From contig JBBAPZ010000005.1 in NCBI GenBank assembly GCA_040400605.1, positions 32,001 through 96,000 on the forward strand: a DNA stretch of 64,000 nt, read 5' to 3'. The first letter of the stretch is position 1. Each line of letters starts with the position of its first letter. The stretch is from Candidatus Sericytochromatia bacterium. GTDB taxonomy: Bacteria; Cyanobacteriota; Sericytochromatia; S15B-MN24; JAQBPE01. The notes below the pieces were generated by a model that made no database searches, was not told the origin of the DNA, and worked only from the letters and a program-made list of their open reading frames with translations. Below are positions 60,205 to 64,000 of this stretch, in pieces. The position numbers and the translations under genes were made by a program.

Positions 60205-60723
60205 ATTAACAAGGACACGGCGTTAATCAACGACCGCATTCGTGCGCGCGAACTGCGGACGATCGATGACAGTGGGGAGCAGCTTGGCATATTGCCTGCG
60301 CGTGAAGCATTAAGAATTGCGCAGGAAAAGGGGCTGGATCTGGTTTTGGTTGCAGCGGACGCAAATCCGCCTGTTGCCAAGATAATGGATTATGGTCGGC
60401 ACAAGTTCGAGACCGAAAAGAAACTGCGCGAAGCAAAGAAAAAGCAGCATGTGGTGACGCTGAAGGAACTGACCTTGAGCTACAAAATCGGTGAACACGA
60501 CTACCAGGTGCGCTTGCGGAGTTTGCAGAAATTTTTGAAAGAGGGCGATAAGGTCAAGGTGACCATTCGTTTTCGTGGTCGAGAGGTTCAACACAGTGGC
60601 CTTGCATCGGATCTTTTGATGCGTTTTGCTCGGGATGTTGAGGAGAACGCGGTCCTTGAGCGGGAACCTCGACTGGAAGGTCGCACCTTGTTTATTATTC
60701 TGGCCCCCAAGAAGGAGAAGTGA
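60205..60723 (+). CDS. infC: Translation initiation factor IF-3 (ATT start)
   Basis: INDRIRA, GLDLV, KIMDYG, GDKVKV, FRGRE; GGAGG RBS 8 nt before in-frame ATT. Confidence 0.95.
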   Translation: MNKDTALINDRIRARELRTIDDSGEQLGILPAREALRIAQEKGLDLVLVAADANPPVAKIMDYGRHKFETEKKLREAKKKQHVVTLKELTLSYKIGEHDYQVRLRSLQKFLKEGDKVKVTIRFRGREVQHSGLASDLLMRFARDVEENAVLEREPRLEGRTLFIILAPKKEK

Positions 60724-60728
60724 TCCCA

Positions 60729-60938
60729 ATGCCCAAGATGAAGACCCACCGCGCTTCCGCGAAGCGGTATTCAGTTAGTGGATCTGGTAAATTGATGCGT
60801 CGCAAGGCAGGCAAGAAGCACCTGTTGGTTGGCAAGTCGTCTAGTCGCAAACGTCGACTGGAGGGGAACATGGCGGTCAATGAGGCGGATCAGACTCGCG
60901 TGAGTTTGTCTTTGCCGTATCCGCAGTACTTGCGTTGA
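60729..60938 (+). CDS. rpmI: 50S ribosomal protein L35
   Basis: [13 protein letters not shown]...HLL. Confidence 0.96.
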   Translation: MPKMKTHRASAKRYSVSGSGKLMRRKAGKKHLLVGKSSSRKRRLEGNMAVNEADQTRVSLSLPYPQYLR

Positions 60939-60976
60939 ACCGCCCTGAACGCACTAGTTTTTAAGGAGTCTTTGAT

Positions 60977-61336
60977 ATGCCTCGCGTCAAACGTGGTGTT
61001 GCCAACAAGAACAAGCACAAGAAAGTGTACAAACTCACCAAGGGATTTCGTGGTTCCTTGAGTAAAGTGTTTCGCGCGGCGAATCAAGCGATGATGCGCG
61101 CATTGCGATACGCATATCGCCATCGTCGAACCAAGAAACGCGAATTCCGTTCGCTGTGGATTCAACGTATCAACGCAGCGGCGCGTTTGGAAGGATTGTC
61201 TTACAGCCAATTGATTAACGGTCTGAAACGGTCGAATATAGCGGTCAATCGGAAGGTTTTGGCTGATCTCGCGGTGAACGATGCTTCAACTTTCAATCTG
61301 CTGGTTCAATCGGCCAAGAAGAGCTTGAGCGCGTAA
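60977..61336 (+). CDS. rplT: 50S ribosomal protein L20
   Basis: MPRVKRG, FRSLWIQRINAA, NRKVLADLA. Confidence 0.97.
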   Translation: MPRVKRGVANKNKHKKVYKLTKGFRGSLSKVFRAANQAMMRALRYAYRHRRTKKREFRSLWIQRINAAARLEGLSYSQLINGLKRSNIAVNRKVLADLAVNDASTFNLLVQSAKKSLSA

Positions 61337-61358
61337 GCGCCGGTTTTGGGTCGCATCG

Positions 61359-61383
61359 GCGGGGCTTGGGCCCCGCTTTTTTT
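61359..61383 (+). terminator. Intrinsic terminator after rplT
   Basis: GCGGGGC-TTGG-GCCCCGC followed by T7. Confidence 0.85.
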
Positions 61384-61395
61384 GATGGGGGAAAT

Positions 61396-62190
61396 GTGTT
61401 GAAGGCCGTCAGCAGTGTTTCCAATCCAATGGTGAAGCGTTTGCGGGCGTTGTCTGCACGCAAGGGACGTCAGGCTGAAGGCGCTTTTTTGATTGAAGGA
61501 ACCAAGTTGTTGGCGGAGGCTTTGCAGTCCGGTCAGCATATTGAGTGTGTGATGGCGTCGGATGCGTGGTGGCAAGCGCATGGTGCAACGCTTCCGTTGA
61601 GTGAGGCGGGAGCAGCATGTTTTGATGTGAGCCAGGCGGTTCTGGAGGCGATCGCGACGACCCGCACGCCGGATCCCGTCGTTGCGATGGTGCGTTTGCC
61701 CCAGCCCGTATATCCTCAATGGAAGGCTGGCGAGTGGATTGTCATTGCGCATCAGTTACAGGATCCTGGCAACCTGGGCACGATTATACGCGCCGCGGAT
61801 GCTTCAGGCGCATTGATGGTGGTTGTCACGGATGACAGTGTGGATCCATTCAGTCCCAAGGTGGTCCGTGCCAGCATGGGCTCATTGTTTCACTTACCGG
61901 TTGTGCGCCTGTCCATGCCGGCGTTTCGTGCACATTATGCGACGTGTCCCATTTATGCGCTCGTTCTGGACGGTGATGCCGCGCTGTATGATTGCGACTT
62001 GCGCGCCGGGGGGGCATTTTTGGTCGGCAATGAAGGGTCAGGATTGCCTCCGGCTGAACGCCAGTTGTCAACGCGCCGTGTCAGTATTCCAATGCCCGGT
62101 CAGTCTGAGAGTTTGAATGCAGCCATGGCGGCGACAGTCTGTCTGTTCGAAGCAGTGCGACAAAAACGTGCTGGTGCAAAAGTTTGTTAG
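61396..62190 (+). CDS. TrmH/SpoU family RNA 2'-O-methyltransferase
   Basis: QDPGNLGTIIR, VRASMG, GNEGSG, SLNAAMA. Confidence 0.93.
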   Translation: MLKAVSSVSNPMVKRLRALSARKGRQAEGAFLIEGTKLLAEALQSGQHIECVMASDAWWQAHGATLPLSEAGAACFDVSQAVLEAIATTRTPDPVVAMVRLPQPVYPQWKAGEWIVIAHQLQDPGNLGTIIRAADASGALMVVVTDDSVDPFSPKVVRASMGSLFHLPVVRLSMPAFRAHYATCPIYALVLDGDAALYDCDLRAGGAFLVGNEGSGLPPAERQLSTRRVSIPMPGQSESLNAAMAATVCLFEAVRQKRAGAKVC

Positions 62191-62232
62191 AATGGAAACG
62201 GTCCTCGTGGGCTTGCAGCGTTGGGGTGAGTA

Positions 62233-63192
62233 GTGCGCGTCACGTATTTGGATGACCCTTGGAAAGATTTGACCCCGTTGTTTGCTGGGTCGGTTGTGGC
62301 CATTGGCGTGTTTGATGGCTTGCATCCGGGGCATATGACGGTTCTGGAAACGGCACGCGAACTGGCTCGGGAGCGTCAGTGTCCGTGTTGCGTGTTCACG
62401 TTCGTCGAGCATCCGCGTACCGTCTTGTTCCCTGACAATCCGGTGCCCCTCCTGACACCGTGGCCTGAAAAGCTGGCGTTGTTGGAAGCGAGTGGCGTTG
62501 ATGCGTGCGTCGCGGCTCATTTTACAGAGGCGATCGCACGAATGAGTCCGGAGGAGTTTGTCCAACGGGTGTTGGTTGAATGGCTTCAGGTCAGGGCTGT
62601 TGTGACGGGTTTTAATTTCCGATTTGGGCGTGATCAAGCCGGGGTGCCAGCCCGATTGGTTTCTTTGGGTGAACGGGCGGGATTTGATGTTGTGATCGTG
62701 GAACCGCAGCAGGCATTTGATGGGGATGCCGCGTGGCTGCTAAGTTCGTCGCATTTGCGACACCTGCTTGGTGAGGGCGAGGTTGCGACCGCGGCGCGTT
62801 TAGCCAAGCGGCCTTATTGTTTGGCGGGTGAGGTTGTCCATGGGGACAAGCGCGGACGGCAGATTGGATTTCCGACCGCCAATTTGTTGATTGACCCCCA
62901 GAAGTTGTTGCCGGCACACGGGGTTTACGCTTGTTGGGTGTGTTGGGCGGGCCAGAGAAGGCCGGGTATTGTAAATATTGGCGTGCGTCCCACCTTCGGT
63001 TCACCGCGCTTGGTGATTGAAGCGCACGTGTTTGATTGGTCCGGTGATCTCTACGGGGCAACGTTGACGCTTGAGTTGGTCTCCCGTATTCGTGCTGAGC
63101 GTGCGTTTTCTGGCATTGCCGAGCTGGTTGAGCAAATCACCCAGGACTGTGACATTGCCCGAGCGTCTCTTGGCACGTGTCACGTGGTGTGA
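62233..63192 (+). CDS. ribF: Bifunctional riboflavin kinase/FAD synthetase
   Basis: GVFDGLHPGH, NFRFG, GFPTAN, GVY, NIGVRPT, EAH. Confidence 0.96.
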   Translation: MRVTYLDDPWKDLTPLFAGSVVAIGVFDGLHPGHMTVLETARELARERQCPCCVFTFVEHPRTVLFPDNPVPLLTPWPEKLALLEASGVDACVAAHFTEAIARMSPEEFVQRVLVEWLQVRAVVTGFNFRFGRDQAGVPARLVSLGERAGFDVVIVEPQQAFDGDAAWLLSSSHLRHLLGEGEVATAARLAKRPYCLAGEVVHGDKRGRQIGFPTANLLIDPQKLLPAHGVYACWVCWAGQRRPGIVNIGVRPTFGSPRLVIEAHVFDWSGDLYGATLTLELVSRIRAERAFSGIAELVEQITQDCDIARASLGTCHVV

Positions 63193-63560
63193 CCGGCTTG
63201 CTGCCTGTTCGTTGATTTGAACTGGCGTGTTTATGGCCACGGCACTGGGTCCAGGCAATTCGATTGAACGCAGTGATGGCGTCCCAGGCAACTAAAAGGT
63301 GCCTATCTTCATCGCGTTGGTAAAGCGAATAAAACCAAGCGATACGCACCATATTTCAAGCGCAAATAGCGTGGACACGAAGGGACAACGTCACTTTCGA
63401 CCCGCAGTCTGCGCTGGCTGCGTCATGCTTCCCGAGTTGGCTGTTTTTTATCTTAATTAAGTTTTAACAAATGCTTAGTGTTTTTGGAACTAATTTGTAA
63501 CGCGACGTGGCGAAAAGCGTTGGGTGAGTGTGTCAGGGTGACAGGAAGTGAGGAAGACTG

Positions 63561-64000
63561 ATGATTAAGGCGAACTTGTTGGCGGTGAAGCCGGTGAATC
63601 AAATGGTCACATCGCAGCGTCAAGTGAGTGTGGGTGTTAGCCCGTCGAAGTCGAAGCAGGATGAATATCAGCCGGGTGCTGCTTCTCAGTTTTATTACCG
63701 TGGTATCAGTCAGGGGTATCAGGTGAATTGGAGCAGCGATGATTTAAGCGCTGGGCGGGCCCAGGATATGTCTCAGACCGAGCCGTCCTACAGTGCCAAG
63801 GAGTCGCTGGAAGCGGTCTGCAAGAAACCGGGTGGTGATGACTGGGCGTGCACGGGTGAGCGTCGCAGCCTTGTGAAGCTGGCGGCACAGGTTGGGAAGT
63901 ATCTGAGTGTTGACCAGTTGGACACGGGGTACGTGCCGGGTGCTGCGCATGATTGGAGCACCCGTTATTTGCAGACCATCAATCTGGATACGGGCAAGCC
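63561..64000 (+). CDS. Hypothetical protein, truncated by window edge
   Basis: GAGGA RBS; manual translation MIKANLLAVKPVNQ...GYVPGAAHDWSTRYLQTINLDTGK stays open to the end. Confidence 0.6.
   Translation, partial: MIKANLLAVKPVNQMVTSQRQVSVGVSPSKSKQDEYQPGAASQFYYRGISQGYQVNWSSDDLSAGRAQDMSQTEPSYSAKESLEAVCKKPGGDDWACTGERRSLVKLAAQVGKYLSVDQLDTGYVPGAAHDWSTRYLQTINLDTGK

Overview
64-kb window of ordinary bacterial chromosome, moderately GC-rich and densely coding. No transposase, integrase, prophage structural genes, rRNA or CRISPR array was seen. It carries housekeeping genes (alr, ruvX, CCA-family nucleotidyltransferase, thiolase-accD-accA-pfkA, plsC, tRNA-fMet, infC-rpmI-rplT, trmH-family, ribF, ETF:quinone oxidoreductase, DEAD helicase). 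It also has a stand-alone split cytochrome b / subunit IV-cytochrome c pair without a Rieske gene, phnDCE, a TPR/beta-barrel/TonB trio, an SLH-anchored porin, a lone flhB, a class II photolyase, an orphan Dam-type methylase, and many lipoproteins and secreted hydrolases (two GH1 paralogues, subtilase, C39-like peptidase). The mix of cyanobacterial-type markers (DUF1257/Ycf35, SLH-porin, split cytochrome b) and Firmicutes-like arrangements (accD-accA-pfkA, ruvX-DUF1292, L20-leader-like infC leader) in a diderm suggests, by inference only, a non-photosynthetic relative of Cyanobacteria such as Sericytochromatia. The most notable unexplained signals are: (1) a recurrent intergenic TTAA-N7-TTAA box upstream of exported proteins, including both a subtilase and a free-standing lipoprotein copy of a subtilase prodomain; (2) over-representation of the HIP1 octamer GCGATCGC alongside a Dam-type methylase; (3) a 56-bp near-perfect palindrome upstream of phnD; (4) a HIRAN + polynucleotide-kinase-like gene pair.
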